Origin: Camelus dromedarius
Taxonomy: Eukaryota
Reading direction: 5' to 3'
Length of the DNA: 64,000 nucleotides
Assembly: GCF_036321535.1 (NCBI RefSeq)
Contig: NC_087447.1
Coordinates: forward strand, 48,982,001-49,046,000
Shown here: positions 41,694-53,760 of the stretch, in pieces
Position numbering within the stretch: the stretch's first letter is position 1
Layout: every line of letters begins with the position of its first letter
Notes under the pieces: model-generated
Told to the model about the DNA's origin: nothing
What the model saw: the letters and a program-made list of their open reading frames with translations, nothing else
Databases searched by the model: none
Position numbers and translations under genes: made by a program

Positions 41694-42780
41694 AGCCCAG
41701 AAATGAGCCCACAAACTTTTGGTCAACTATTCTTTGACAAAGGAGGCAAGAATATACAATGGAATAGAGACAGTCTCTTCAGCAAATGGTGTTGGGAAAA
41801 CTGGACAGCAGCATGTAAAGCAGTGAAGCTAGAACACTCCCTTACACCATACACAAAAATGGATCAAAGACTCAAACATAAGACAAGATACAATAAACCT
41901 TCTAGAAGAAAATATAGGTAAAACATTATCTGACATACATCTCAAAAATGTTCTCCTAGGGCAGTCTATCCAAGCAATGGAAATAAAAGCAAGAATAAAC
42001 AAATGGGACCTAATTAAACTTAAGCTTCTGCACAGCAAAGGAAACCATAAACAAAACAAAAAGACAACCTATGGAATGGGAGAAAGTTTTTGCAAATGAA
42101 ACCGACAAAGGCTTGATCTCCAGAATATATAAGCAGCTCATATGACTTAATAAGAAAAAAACAAACAACCCAATCCAAAAATGGGCAGAAGACCTAAACA
42201 AGCAATTCTCCAAGGAAGACAGACAAATGATTAATAGGCACATGAAAAAATGCTCAATATCACTAATTATCAGAGAAATGCAAATCAAAACTATGGTGAG
42301 GTATCACCTCGAACCAGTCAGAATGACCATCATTCAAAAGTCCACATATGACAAATGCTGGAGAGGCTGTGGAGAAAAGGGAACCTTCCTACACTGCTGG
42401 TGGGAATGCAGTTCGGTGCAGCCACTGTGGAAAACAGTATGGAGATTCCTCAAAAGACTAGGAATAGACTTACCATATGACCCAGGAATCCCGCTCCTGG
42501 GCATATATCCAGAAGGAACCCTACTTCAGGATGACACCTGCACCCCAATGTTCATAGCAGCATTATTTACAATAGCCAAGACATGGAAACAGCCTAAATG
42601 TCCATCAACAGATGACTGGACAAAGGAGATGTGGTATATTTATACAATGGAATACAATTCAGCCATAAAAATGACAATGCCAATTGCAGTAACATGGATG
42701 TCCCTGGAGAATGTCATTCTAAGTGTAGTAAGCCAGAGAGAGAAAGAAAAAATACCATGAGATCGCTCATATGTGGAATA

Positions 42781-42843
<63 letters not shown>

Positions 42844-43150
42844 AATGAACATAAATACAAAACAGAAACAGACTCATAGATATAGAATACAAACTTGTGG
42901 TTGCAAAGGGGGTGAGGGGTGGGAAGGGACAGACTGGGATTTCAAAATTCATAGATACTGACAGGCATATGCAGAATAGATAAACAAGATTATACTATAG
43001 CACAGGGAAATATATATAAGATCTTGAGGTAGCTCACAGCGAAAAAAAAATGTGACAATGAATATATGTATGTTCATATATAACTGAAAAATTGTGCTCT
43101 ACGCAATTACACTACATTGTAAAATGACTATAACTCAATAAAAAATGTTA
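41694..43150 (+). mobile_element. 5'-truncated young LINE-1 (copy B)
   Basis: ORF2 peptides 41703..41921 and 42227..42760. TSD aaaata(g/c)ccactggtt at 41678-41693 and 43151-43166. Confidence 0.95.
42781..42844. repeat. (TAAA)n microsatellite inside L1 copy B, one unit longer than in copy A
   Basis: Direct reading. Confidence 0.95.
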
Positions 43151-43395
43151 AAAATACCCACTGGTTTTGCATCATTTAAGCAGGGTCCAGTTTGGAAACA
43201 AAGGCTTAAACCAAATGTCCTTCCTGGCGAGCTCTCTCTCTTTGGACAGGATTTGTTCCTAGAATATATTTTAATAAATTCATTCATTTTCTATTGTAGC
43301 TATGTGGCTTTGAAAGCACACAAGAGATTGTCAATTCTTTTTCCTTAGCTATCATATGGGCTACTTTTGACTGTCTTTTATTTATGCTCTTTTAG

Positions 43396-43495
43396 GAACC
43401 TACATTCCAAAACGGAAAGGAGTCAGAGCTGCAGTGACACTGGTCAGGACAGAGTAAAGAGCAGACTCAGAGCAGCACCAACCAGCAAAGCCAAG
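43396..43495 (+). CDS. RNF169: RNF169 internal coding exon (exon 5 equivalent): NLHSKTERSQSCSDT...PTSKAK
   Basis: ctcttttag| acceptor and AAG|gtatac donor. 100 nt, phase 2-0. Confidence 0.95.
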
Positions 43496-43937
43496 GTATA
43501 CCTCAGACCAGGCTTCTGCGGCTCTCTAGTCCTGTCCCATAACCTCTGGCACACGGCCACCAAAGAAACTGTGCAAGATGAGAAGAGGCAGAACGGATCA
43601 TAGGCATACTAGTTATGTTGGAGAATTTTACACATAGATGTGAAAGAAGAGAGTTTGAATTAGTAGCCAGATGGGTGGGATGAGGGCCACTAGAAGACCC
43701 TTTTTTAAAAGTTCTCGATGAGTTTTTTTCCCTAAAGGTTTTCAATTTCATTAATTGTTTCAAGTGTGTCAGAATTTCTGCAAGTGGCATGTGCATGCTA
43801 AATTAGGGATTTTCCTCATTTCTTAGGCTCACATCACCCTTTATCCCCTTTTCCTCCTTTCCCTCCCTATCCCTCTACCATCATGAAGGAATTATGAAGG
43901 AAAAAAATATATGTATAATCTTTTTCATCTCTTTCAG

Positions 43938-45119
43938 GTCACAACCATAACCCCAGCCTCCAACCCCATCATTGGTGTCCTCTTGTCTACTCAAAACAAC
44001 CGCTGCCTTTCAGCCCCTGACTTAACCATTGAAAAGCGCCTACCCTTCAGCTCCCTCTCTTCCTTGGCTTCCCTGCATAAGCCAGAGCGCTCTATCAGCC
44101 CTGAGAGCAATGACAGCATCTCTGAAGAACTCAACCATTTCAAGCCCATCGTCTGCTCACCATGTACTCCCCCCAAGAGACTCCCTGATGGCCGTGTGCT
44201 GAGTCCCCTCATCATCAAGTCAACCCCCCGTAACCTAAATAGAAGCCTGCAGAAGCAGACTTCTTACGAGGCTAGTCCACGGATCCTCAAAAAGTGGGAA
44301 CAGATCTTTCAGGAGAGGCAAATCAAAAAGACCCTTTCAAAAGCCACCCTCACCTCCCTGGCTCCAGAAACAGGGGAAGACTTCCTGGTCTCTGAAGTTA
44401 CCCATTCTAACAAGGAGAAGCCACTTCTGGCTTTAAATACAAGACTGTCCAGTGGGCAAGGACTCTCTGAGTGTACAGGACCCACCCCCACTGACCTTGA
44501 TTATCTCCCCTCTGCTAGCCAGACAAAAGCAGAACAGGGCAGCAACAGTAAGAGGAGCACTGAGATCCCACTGGAAACCTGTTGTTCTTCAGAGCTCAGA
44601 GTGGGAGCCAGTGGGACTTCTTTGGAGAAAGAGCAGTTTGAAGGGTCAGGGTCAACCCCAGATGCCAAGTTAGATAAAACCTGTATCACAACAACTATGA
44701 AAATCTCAGCAGTTAATTCAGTGCCACCCAAAAACAGTGTTTCAGGGGTCCTTAAAACAAAGAAACAGCTGAAGACAGTGAATCATTTTGATCTGCCTAA
44801 TGGTGTTCTGGCAGACAACTTAGGTGAGGAGCCACTTCCTTCCTTGCGTCGGGGCCGGAAAAGACGCTGTAAGACCAAGCACTTGGAACAGAATGGCTCT
44901 CTTAAGAAACTGCGACAAAGCAGTGGTGAGGTGGGTCTGGCCCCAACAGACCCAGTACTGCGAGAGATGGAGCAGAAATTGCAGCAAGAGGAAGAGGACC
45001 GGCAGCTGGCTCTGCAGTTGCAGCGCATGTTTGACAATGAGAGGCGGACTGTGAGTCGCCGGAAAGGAAGCGTGGATCAGTATCTCTTGCGGTCCAGCAA
45101 CATGGCTGGGGCCAAGTAG
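43938..45119 (+). CDS. RNF169: RNF169 terminal coding exon (E3 ubiquitin ligase, RNF168 paralogue), including the C-terminal MIU2-LRM2 ubiquitylated-nucleosome-binding module
   Basis: ctctttcag|GTC acceptor inside ORF 43911..45119. The protein ends QEEEDRQLALQLQRMFDNERRTVSRRKGSVDQYLLRSSNMAGAK*, the RNF169 C-terminus. The basic RRGRKRRCKTK motif is present. Confidence 0.98.
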   Translation, partial: VTTITPASNPIIGVLLSTQNNRCLSAPDLTIEKRLPFSSLSSLASLHKPERSISPESNDSISEELNHFKPIVCSPCTPPKRLPDGRVLSPLIIKSTPRNLNRSLQKQTSYEASPRILKKWEQIFQERQIKKTLSKATLTSLAPETGEDFLVSEVTHSNKEKPLLALNTRLSSGQGLSECTGPTPTDLDYLPSASQTKAEQGSNSKRSTEIPLETCCSSELRVGASGTSLEKEQFEGSGSTPDAKLDKTCITTTMKISAVNSVPPKNSVSGVLKTKKQLKTVNHFDLPNGVLADNLGEEPLPSLRRGRKRRCKTKHLEQNGSLKKLRQSSGEVGLAPTDPVLREMEQKLQQEEEDRQLALQLQRMFDNERRTVSRRKGSVDQYLLRSSNMAGAK

Positions 45120-48100
45120 CACCTGATGAACAGTGTTACCTATTTTTCAGGTCTTTGGGCTTGATCATATACCCTGAAGAGCTCAGTGTTCTCACTTTGG
45201 GTTTCTTTTAATGGCAAAACACTGTCCAATATGGTTCTGAGAGGTTCTGAGGGCCTTCATAGTATGTATCCAAGGGAACTGTGTCTCTGCCTCCCTGTGA
45301 CCCAGGCCAGAAGCATTCTTCACCCCCTAAGTGACCCACCCCCGAAGGCTTCTGGGCCAAATCTGGCAGCTTGGAATACGATTCAGGAGCACAGAGGCCA
45401 GGGTTTGAAATGGTAGAGGAAAAAGGGGATACCTTCTCCAACTGATAGATCTCCTGGCTTCTTTCAACAGGTGTTTTAAATCAGCCTTGCAGATAAAAGT
45501 TAGTTCCATCTCAGTTCTCTGGCAGATCTGAAAAGGTAATGTTCTCCTTCCTCCTTACTGTTGCCACAAGTAAATATACCTAATGAAATCAGTTTTTATG
45601 CTTCTACAAAGTTAACGTACATTCTCTGTTTAAAATATAATATTTGATTAATGCTCTATAGTTGACAGACCACATTCCTAGTCACTGTTTAATGTGGTCT
45701 TCTCAGTAGACCAAACACGTAAGCCCCATTTTCAGATGATGGAATTGCAGTGCAGATGTTCAGATTCTCTCAGCTACCAAGTGGCGTAGCCCAGACTGAT
45801 GCTGGGTCTCCCAACAACAAATCCCATGGATTTTCCACACTTAAGAGGTTGCCATAACGGACTGCAATCCAAGGGCATGCCAGGAGAACCTAGGGAAAGC
45901 TGGCTGGGCTTTGAATCTCGATTGTGCAGAATCCACATGGAGATAATTGAGACTGACTGGAAGTATAAACATATACTGTGCAGTTATCCCATCCCTACTG
46001 AATACAGCCTCTGTTTTCCTCGGGGTTCCACGCTATGAGATAAAACTGTACTTGGACTTCATTATTACTCTCCACGTGGTGAAGGGTTATCTGCAATGTT
46101 GATCTAAAATCCAAAAAATAATTTGCCCAGAAGTCAGGCAAAGAACAATACTGAAACTCCATACTATGGAAACAAGGTATCTAGCTGTATGCAGCTTGTA
46201 AATTCAGTCCCATGGACCTTTGGGGTTTATTTTCCTTAGCAGCTGACACCATGTGTCTTTTGCATCTCTGGTGGTGCTTGGTGCTTCTGCCCACCTGGGC
46301 TCATTGAGAGTAGGGATTAAGATAGGATTTTAGGGAATCTCAGGTGGGCTGGCATTCCCTGTGCATGTATGAGTTGTTACTATAAAGTCACGTGACTGGC
46401 ATATTAACACACCTTTCGGATCTTGATATATCACAATGTATGTTGTCCCCCTCAGGTGGTCTCAGCAGGATACTGATAGTATTTCCAATGATGTTGCCAT
46501 TGGTGAAAACATTTCTGGAACTGTCCTCAAAGTCTGGAGACATCTATATATGTAATGTCAGAACTGGAAGGGACGTTAAAGGTCATCTGTTCCAACTTCC
46601 TCCTCTTACTAAGGCAGAAGCTAAGATCCAGAACAATGACTCACTTATCAAGGTCACACGGGATTTACTGTATCACCTACTTTTGATTCTTCTCAGGAGA
46701 TTTGCCTTGTTTCTTCTCTGGGCAGATCTTTAATTTCTGGGGTTACAGGAAAGAGAATTTTAAGTCTGAAGCTAGTCAGAAGCGATCTGAAGACTTGGAA
46801 AGAGAAGGTGGCTTATCCAGAGGATTTGGAGTCATAAATGAGGTGCAGCTATAAAGCAGTCAGAGCCGTTTTCTTGTGCAGCTCATAAACAGTTCCCAAA
46901 GAGGAGTTCCAGAGATGTCTTAAGCATTTTGGTCATCATTGAGATTTGTGGACCCTCCTCAGTGACTACTTTGGGGGAAGTGTCACTCACCTGAATGTAC
47001 GTATGCTGTGTTGTGTGTGTGTGCGTGCACATGTGCAGATGTGTGTTTAGAAAACATACATCAATCTCATTACTGTATGTTCATGCCACTTCAGTTCTAG
47101 GTTCTACTAGCAACATACACCTGACAAAGGCTGCTGAAGGGAATATTGGTGCACAAGATGGAAGAGCTGGCACTGGCCTGTACAGGACAGGGAGAGTGAC
47201 TTACTAAATGCCCTTAGAAAAGACATCAGTTACTGCCATTTCATAGTTTCTTTTCGATCTTAGTAAATATTATTGGAAGGCTAGTTTAATTGGTAGTAGC
47301 AAAGACACTTATTTTTCCACTTGACACCTTTGTCTGTATCTCCAATAATTTGAAAAACACTTTTCAGTTGGAACTGATTTTTGTTTTTGAAAAAAAAAGA
47401 TAAATATTTTTAATAGAAAAAGATAGATATATATTTTAAATATCTCCCCAAAGTAATACTTTCATTTTAAGAAATTGCTTAGCAGTAGCAACAGTTTTAG
47501 TGTCAGGTGCAGAGTGGAAATTCTCGTTAAGTGAATATTCCAAGTGCTGGGTCCATCTTACTGACCACCTACTGTGGAGCCTCGAATGGTACTGACAGTT
47601 TTTCCAAACTTCCAGATGAGCAGTAGTCCTTCAGATACAGGCGACGCAGTTTAGATTAAGGAGGAACAAGGCTTACTCTTTAATCAGCTTGGCCTTGGAG
47701 GAGGGGAAAACCACTAAGGTATTATCTGTACTTTAAGATGCTTCCCATACTTAATGACTAAAACTTGAACACTTTCTCGAAAATTTCCCTCTCCTGTTGC
47801 TTGATTGTGAAGTTGGTCACAAATGGAGTTGTAGCCATGAATTCTTTGGAGAAAAAGACAAGGAAGGAAAAAACAGTGATGGGGAGGGTTTGTGAGCTAG
47901 AATGAGAGATACACTGTCTCACAAAACAAACGTTTGTCACAAATCATTGGAATCTGATTCACCATAGGAATTTCCTGTGTCCTTCTAACTCTGTTCCTTG
48001 TGTATATGCATTCTGTGTTTTTTCTTATTAAAAGGGAAGTTATAAGAGGTTGGAGGATGGGTCATTCTGATGGGAAATCAAAAAAATGTGGTGGCCTGAG

Positions 48101-50755
48101 TAGGGGGCTCTCAGCCCTTTTTTATTGAGTGAGGAACACTTTGGGAACATGGTCATGACCCGTTGATTATATTTGCTGGAAGAAGTCATCTGGGCCTGTT
48201 GGGTTGGTATCAAATCTGGAGATTATGCACCTAGCCCCCGGTCCCTTTCATATAACTGCCTCTTTTCAAAAGGTTAATTCTTTTTGGCTGAGGCGTCCCA
48301 GGAAAAGCTTTTGTTAAGTGGCTTCACTTATTTTTTTTTTAATTTTTGCCTGGAGGAAGCACTGGTGATGAATGCCTTCTGTTTGTTGTTGTTGTTGTTG
48401 TTGTTGTTGATTTTCTCTTAAAGAAAAATGCCCTTAAGAGAGTAAAGCTGCTTAATTAATTTCTATGTGACTACAAACTGACACACTAAGATGGAAAGCT
48501 GCCACGGTGCTTGAGTGGTGAAGCTGATGATAGCAGTCTGTGCTGTTCATCCTTCCTGTTCCATTTGATAGACATTTCCTGAGCTTCAAACTCGTGCCAA
48601 CCCTGTGCTGGGTCATGGAGATATAGGGAAGGGAAGGACAGTCCTTGCTCCTGAACTCAGTGTCTGTTGGGATGTATTTGAATGTATGTGTGGCTTGAGA
48701 GTTTGTTGATGGTTTTATGAAAGGCCACAGTCATCTTGGATGGCCCATTCAAGATACTGTCCAGCACCCTTGAACAACTTAGATACCATCAGTATCTGTG
48801 AGTTTGATTGCAATGCTGTTTTCCATTTCTTAAGTGATTTTACCAGAGGAGAATGACTTTTCTCCTCCAGTGATTATAGGACAACAGCATCTCTTAAGAG
48901 CTGCTTTTAGCATAAAGCCCCAAGAAATGAGGCAGGCTGTGGATCACAGACACGGTCAGAAGAGGCTCACTTCTCAGCTTAGTAACCTCCTAAGCTCTTG
49001 CTCAATCAGACCTCTCACCAGAGCTGGAAGCAACTTGAGATTCCTTTTTTTCCTGCGGGGCTTTTTATTGCGATGGAAGGCCAGTAGGTGAGGAAGGGAA
49101 GAAAAATGAAGGCTGGATCATAATCATAAAATATTACATGGCTGAAATGGGCACGAAAATCATCCAAGTCAAACTATCCCCCCTGCCGACCCTCTTGTTT
49201 TTTAAGAAGTGAGGAACTTGAGGTTCAGTGCCTCGTGCCATGTTTGTACCGCAGTATTCCAGAGTCTGAATGAATCGTCCTTTACTCACACACACGTACA
49301 ATTTGCTAATAAGGGGGACACCCAAATGGATTTAGGAGTCTTTTTGTTTTAAAAGCTTTTTCTTCCTGCTTTTTTCAGGTAGAATTAAAATGTACCTATA
49401 TCCCCTGAATATATACCCATGTAGGGAAAATCCCCATAGAGAGAGTAATGTGAATGTGGAATCTTGGGAAGTGATAACATTTTGATTGGAACAGCTGTCA
49501 TTTTAACTACCAAGGATTAAAACCCAGCCAGCACTTCATTTTTCTTAGAAAATCAAGAACTCCTTAGGGACTTGAATTTTTCTCAGCCAGCCTTTTCCGC
49601 ATCAACCTACAGATTGGTCTTTTGGCCTGTATTTTAGAAGTGAGTAGAGCTGCTTATAAATTCTTGTGACTCAATGAGAAAGCAGGTCTGCCTTTAAAAA
49701 AAAAAAAAAGTTGGGGGTGGGATTTTAGGAACAGAGGCTGCTGAATAGACTTTCCTCCAAAGATACCCAGAAATGCATCTTTACACATGATTGTTATCCA
49801 TAATAGCTTTTTGAAGAAGATTGTTCTACAGAAAAGAGACGTACGATATATACAGAAGACACCAGTTAGAGACTGGTTAAACTGGATGAAGGAAAAGTGC
49901 CAAGACTGAATGTGCACACTGTTCTATGTAATATCAGTATTTTTTTCCCTAAGAAAAATACATACTTTGCTTTGTGAGTAAATGCTTCCTTAATGCCTTG
50001 TCTCAGTAAATGTGGGAGGCAACCTCAAACTTGGGGCAGGCTCCCTTTCTACCTTTTCTGGTGTCTTAACTAGTTGGACAAAGCCAAGGTAAGGCCAGGC
50101 TTATTCCTCTCTCTTTTCTCTCATTTAATATGGGGTAGAAACAGGCAATGCCCTCTTCAAAGATCAAGCCATGAGAGCTTGGGTCCTGGCTCCACGTGGC
50201 AGCAGATTCTCCCTTGTTGGCCCTGCCCCCTCTCCAAGCTGTGCGACCACTGGGAGCCGGGGCTCTCCCTCAGTGGGTTCAACCTGAAGTCCTAACGAGA
50301 GAATGGATAACCATGCAAGGTAAAAAGTGACTATCTCAAATGCCAACTAATGGATTAATGAATGGATTTTTTTTTCACCTGATACACTGTTTACTCTCTT
50401 TGTAAAAATGCATTGTCCTTAGGGCCTTATCCCCTCCCACCTGGAAATAGAAAATGGGTTGTATTTTGGTATCATTCAACCTGCTGTTTGCATGAGAGTG
50501 GCGAAGGGGCTTGGATCCCTGGCACTGCCACTGCTTGCTGCCTTCTCTCCAACTCATCATAAAGAGCATTTTGACAAAGACAGAGGACTCAGAACAGGGC
50601 ACTCCCTACCAGGGATGCTTCTGCCAACAAAGAAAATCAAAGGGGATGACGTGTTGTTTATTTAAACAGTACCAAAGTGCATTCTTCAATACATGTTTGC
50701 CAGCTTGAGGAGAGGCCCAAGTTGAAAATACAGTAAAGCAACCTCATGAATGTTC
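45120..50755 (+). other. RNF169: Probable long 3' UTR of RNF169 (end approximate)
   Basis: Repeat-poor sequence after the stop codon. Variant poly(A) signals AATACA/AGTAAA at 50727-50737 are followed by U/GU-rich sequence. The length is similar to the long human UTR (from memory). Confidence 0.55.
48383..48409. repeat. (TTG)n microsatellite in the RNF169 3' UTR
   Basis: Direct reading. Confidence 0.9.
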
Positions 50756-53149
50756 TGTTTCTAGTCCAAGTCTTATGTCTGGAAGGCAATCTCAGACAAA
50801 TCTGAGCTGAGCTTAGACTATGTGCATTTGAGTTTTGATGCTGTTTTTGCTCTGGGAGATGCCCCATATTGGACCATCTTGCTTTGGCATTCAGAATGAT
50901 GGGAGAAACTAGGAGGGATGGAGTTTCCCTGGTGTACAACATCTTTTGAGTTATAAGTTATTTCCAACTTACAGCTGTCATCCTTGTATTCAACTGTTCT
51001 CACTCCTAATGAAGGCGCTGAGAAAGAGTCTTAGTAAAGAACAGATGTGCAGAATGACATCCTTGTACACTAGGGCTGTTTTCAGAACATCTGATTTTTG
51101 AAAATACCCTCTTTTGGAACCATTGTTCAGAAATTCAAAATCCCCTTGGTGTCAGTTTCTCATCCAACAAAGATCTAATGTATCCATGTTCCATTTAAAC
51201 TTGTAAAACCAATTTGAAGGACTGATGTAAGAATGCATACTGTACATGGTAAACCAGCACTTGAGGGACCTTTGAAATCATCTGGTACAACCTCGCCAAA
51301 GGAGGGTGGTTAAAATGATTTGCAAGAAACAGTGCAGCTAGTTGGAGAATAGAACTTGATTGTCTCTTGGTCCCTAAAGTAACAGAAAACACTCTACATA
51401 CCACTCTCATTAATTCCCGTATAGCCTGGTGTGGTGAAGTGGGTGGCCCTCATTTGCAGAGGGGAAACTTTGGCTCTGACATATCCTGGAAGCTGGATCC
51501 TCTGACTCCAAAGCTACCTGCTTTCTCTGCTGCCCTGGGTCAAATGAACCTCAGAGTGGTGCCATCTTCCTCCACTGGGTTTAGCTAACAATATCGTTCG
51601 AGGTGATTTCTGGGTTGGATCTCCTCCTTTTGTACTGGGCCTGACAGGGCTAGAGAGATCAGAATCTCCCCTCTGTACCCACTAAAGGGGTGGGAGGATC
51701 CTGAGGTAGCAAGGATTGTGAGGCACAATCTGCACCTAAATCAGTTCTCTCCTGTGGCCACATCTGAGTCTACCCGGCTACTCACTGGAGCTTGGATAAA
51801 TGACTTGAAAAACAGGATAGGCTTACCTAATCTTGGAGAGTTGGTGGTGGGAGAAATTTCTTCTGGTCTGCTCTTGTTAGAAGATTGGAGAAGTCCCAGA
51901 AGAGTGGCAGCCAGCTTCACATCTGCTATGGAGAAGGAAGGGGCTCTGGTTGAGTGCCAGCCCAGGGGGATGAAGTATCTTGTAGATGGGATTTGCCCGG
52001 GAGAGCTAGTGACTACGCTGGCAACAGGGGAAGTGGCCGCTACCTGAAAGACCCCCTTGATTAGTTCTGAATTACCATTCATCTGACAAATCTAGTCTTA
52101 GGCTTTACTCACTGAAATGAAGATTGGGTCATGACTCTTTAAAAGAACAAAACTCAGGAAACCAAGTAACTGAAATTTACTCACCCCAGAGCTGAGAATG
52201 TGTTTTTAACACCAGAAGGACCCATAGAGATTGAAACCCCTATTGATGCTATGGGTAAGTGTGAATGACCTGCTCTATGTCATATAGCAAACAAGACACA
52301 GGGTTAAAGTCAAATCCCAGAAATATGACCAAGTCCAGATTACTGTTCTGGTAGAAAAGAATGAACACAACTTGTAAATGATTGTATGTCTTCCCAAGAT
52401 GCAGCAGTCCACTTGGATAAAAGGGTGGATGAGCTGACAGTCATACTTTGCATACTTACAACAGCAGGCAGGTTGGAATGCTGGGTTTTTTTGGTTTTTG
52501 TTTTTTTGTTAATAAGAACATGGTTTTAAGGGAAAGCCCAGGCAGTGCCTGTGGAAAGATGCCCACACTGGCTTCTGGTTGCCTAGCCATACCTGTGTAT
52601 ATACTGTGTATTATCCCACTAAGCGCCAACATGAGCCATTTCCCATTCCTCCCAACACATTCTTCAATAAATCTTATTGAGGGCCTCCTGGACCCAGGCT
52701 CTGGGCTGAGCACCAGAGGTATAATCAGTTCTTGGTCTGATACAGTTTGGTGCCCATCGAAGTCATACTGGGTCACAAAGAAAAGTGCAGTTCAGTTTGG
52801 GAGGAGAGTTCAAGGACATAACTGAGCTGAGGCTGAAAGGATAAGAAACATTAGCTACCATGTGGTCTTACCTAGGTCTTCCTAGATGTACTCAGCAGAG
52901 TCTCTGGGTAGCCTCTTAGTGGCTTCCTTCCCAGGAGTTCTACATTGCATGACTTGGTTGTACGTGAGGGAAAAGGGGCCAGCACTCTGCACACTCACTC
53001 TATAAACCTCCAAGACGGGAAAGTTAACAATCAGGAATGCAGAATGATCCTGGCAGCCTGGAACCCTGGGCTGAGGCTAAGATGATAAAATATGAAATCC
53101 TGCATCAGATACCAAAGGTCAATTTCAAGTATAAAAAAAGGGAACACAG

Positions 53150-53760
53150 TTCTGATACTAGTCTGCTGATAAAGGCTCAATAAAGCCAAAGAGGAAATAT
53201 CATTGTTTTAAGAGTGAGCAAAAGGCAAATAGTATGGCAGGCTATATAAAAGAATGTCCTAGCCAGAGAAGGGAGTGGGCAGTCCTGCTGTGTGCTGCAC
53301 TGGGCACAGCTAGAACACTGCACCTGGGAATCATGAGTAGGGGGAACCCCAAAACTTAGCAAGTCTAGGAGAGGCAATCAGTTTATTCAGGTGGTATCCT
53401 ACATGGAATAACTGAAAGTTAAGAGCATCTGGCCTAGACAGGTGTAGCCTCTTCAGGATACGCTCAAGTCAGTAAAGGGCTGGCCTGGCTGGGCAGGGAG
53501 AACAGGTACACTCTTGGCCAAAAAGCAGAGTTAGGACTACTGAGAGACTTAGGCAGACACTTAGCCCAATGGCTAGAGCCATCCAACAGCTTTCCCAATA
53601 AAAGAAGGGACAGCCTTTGGAGGGAATGAGCTCCCTGTCACTAGATGTGCAGGTGGGAGCTGAATGACCTGTTGGTGAGACTGCAAGAGGCTTCCTGACT
53701 TGAGGTTGGGACAGGATGTTCCCAGGAGCCTTTCAGGCCTCGAGCCTTTGATAGTGTTTC
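53150..53760 (+). mobile_element. L3/CR1 LINE remnant
   Basis: CR1-like 3' motifs: gagttaggact...cttaggcagac, gagctccctgtcactagatgtg, gatgttcccaggagcctttcag. Confidence 0.6.

Noticed and set aside
43911..43937. ATG start of the 402-aa ORF as a standalone gene
   Set aside because: The first nine codons are the intronic polypyrimidine tract. The exon begins at the acceptor at 43938 and splices in frame to upstream RNF169 exons.
43991..45122. Antisense and alternate-frame ORFs over the last RNF169 exon
   Set aside because: Short shadow ORFs of a real coding exon with no independent support.
51714..51730. Hairpin gattgtg-agg-cacaatc
   Set aside because: A 7-bp stem is expected by chance in 64 kb.
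52185..52260. Additional minus-strand exon ending at the donor GGG|gtgagt (52185)
   Set aside because: The nearest good acceptor would give a 7-nt exon and the upstream sequence is MIR-like.
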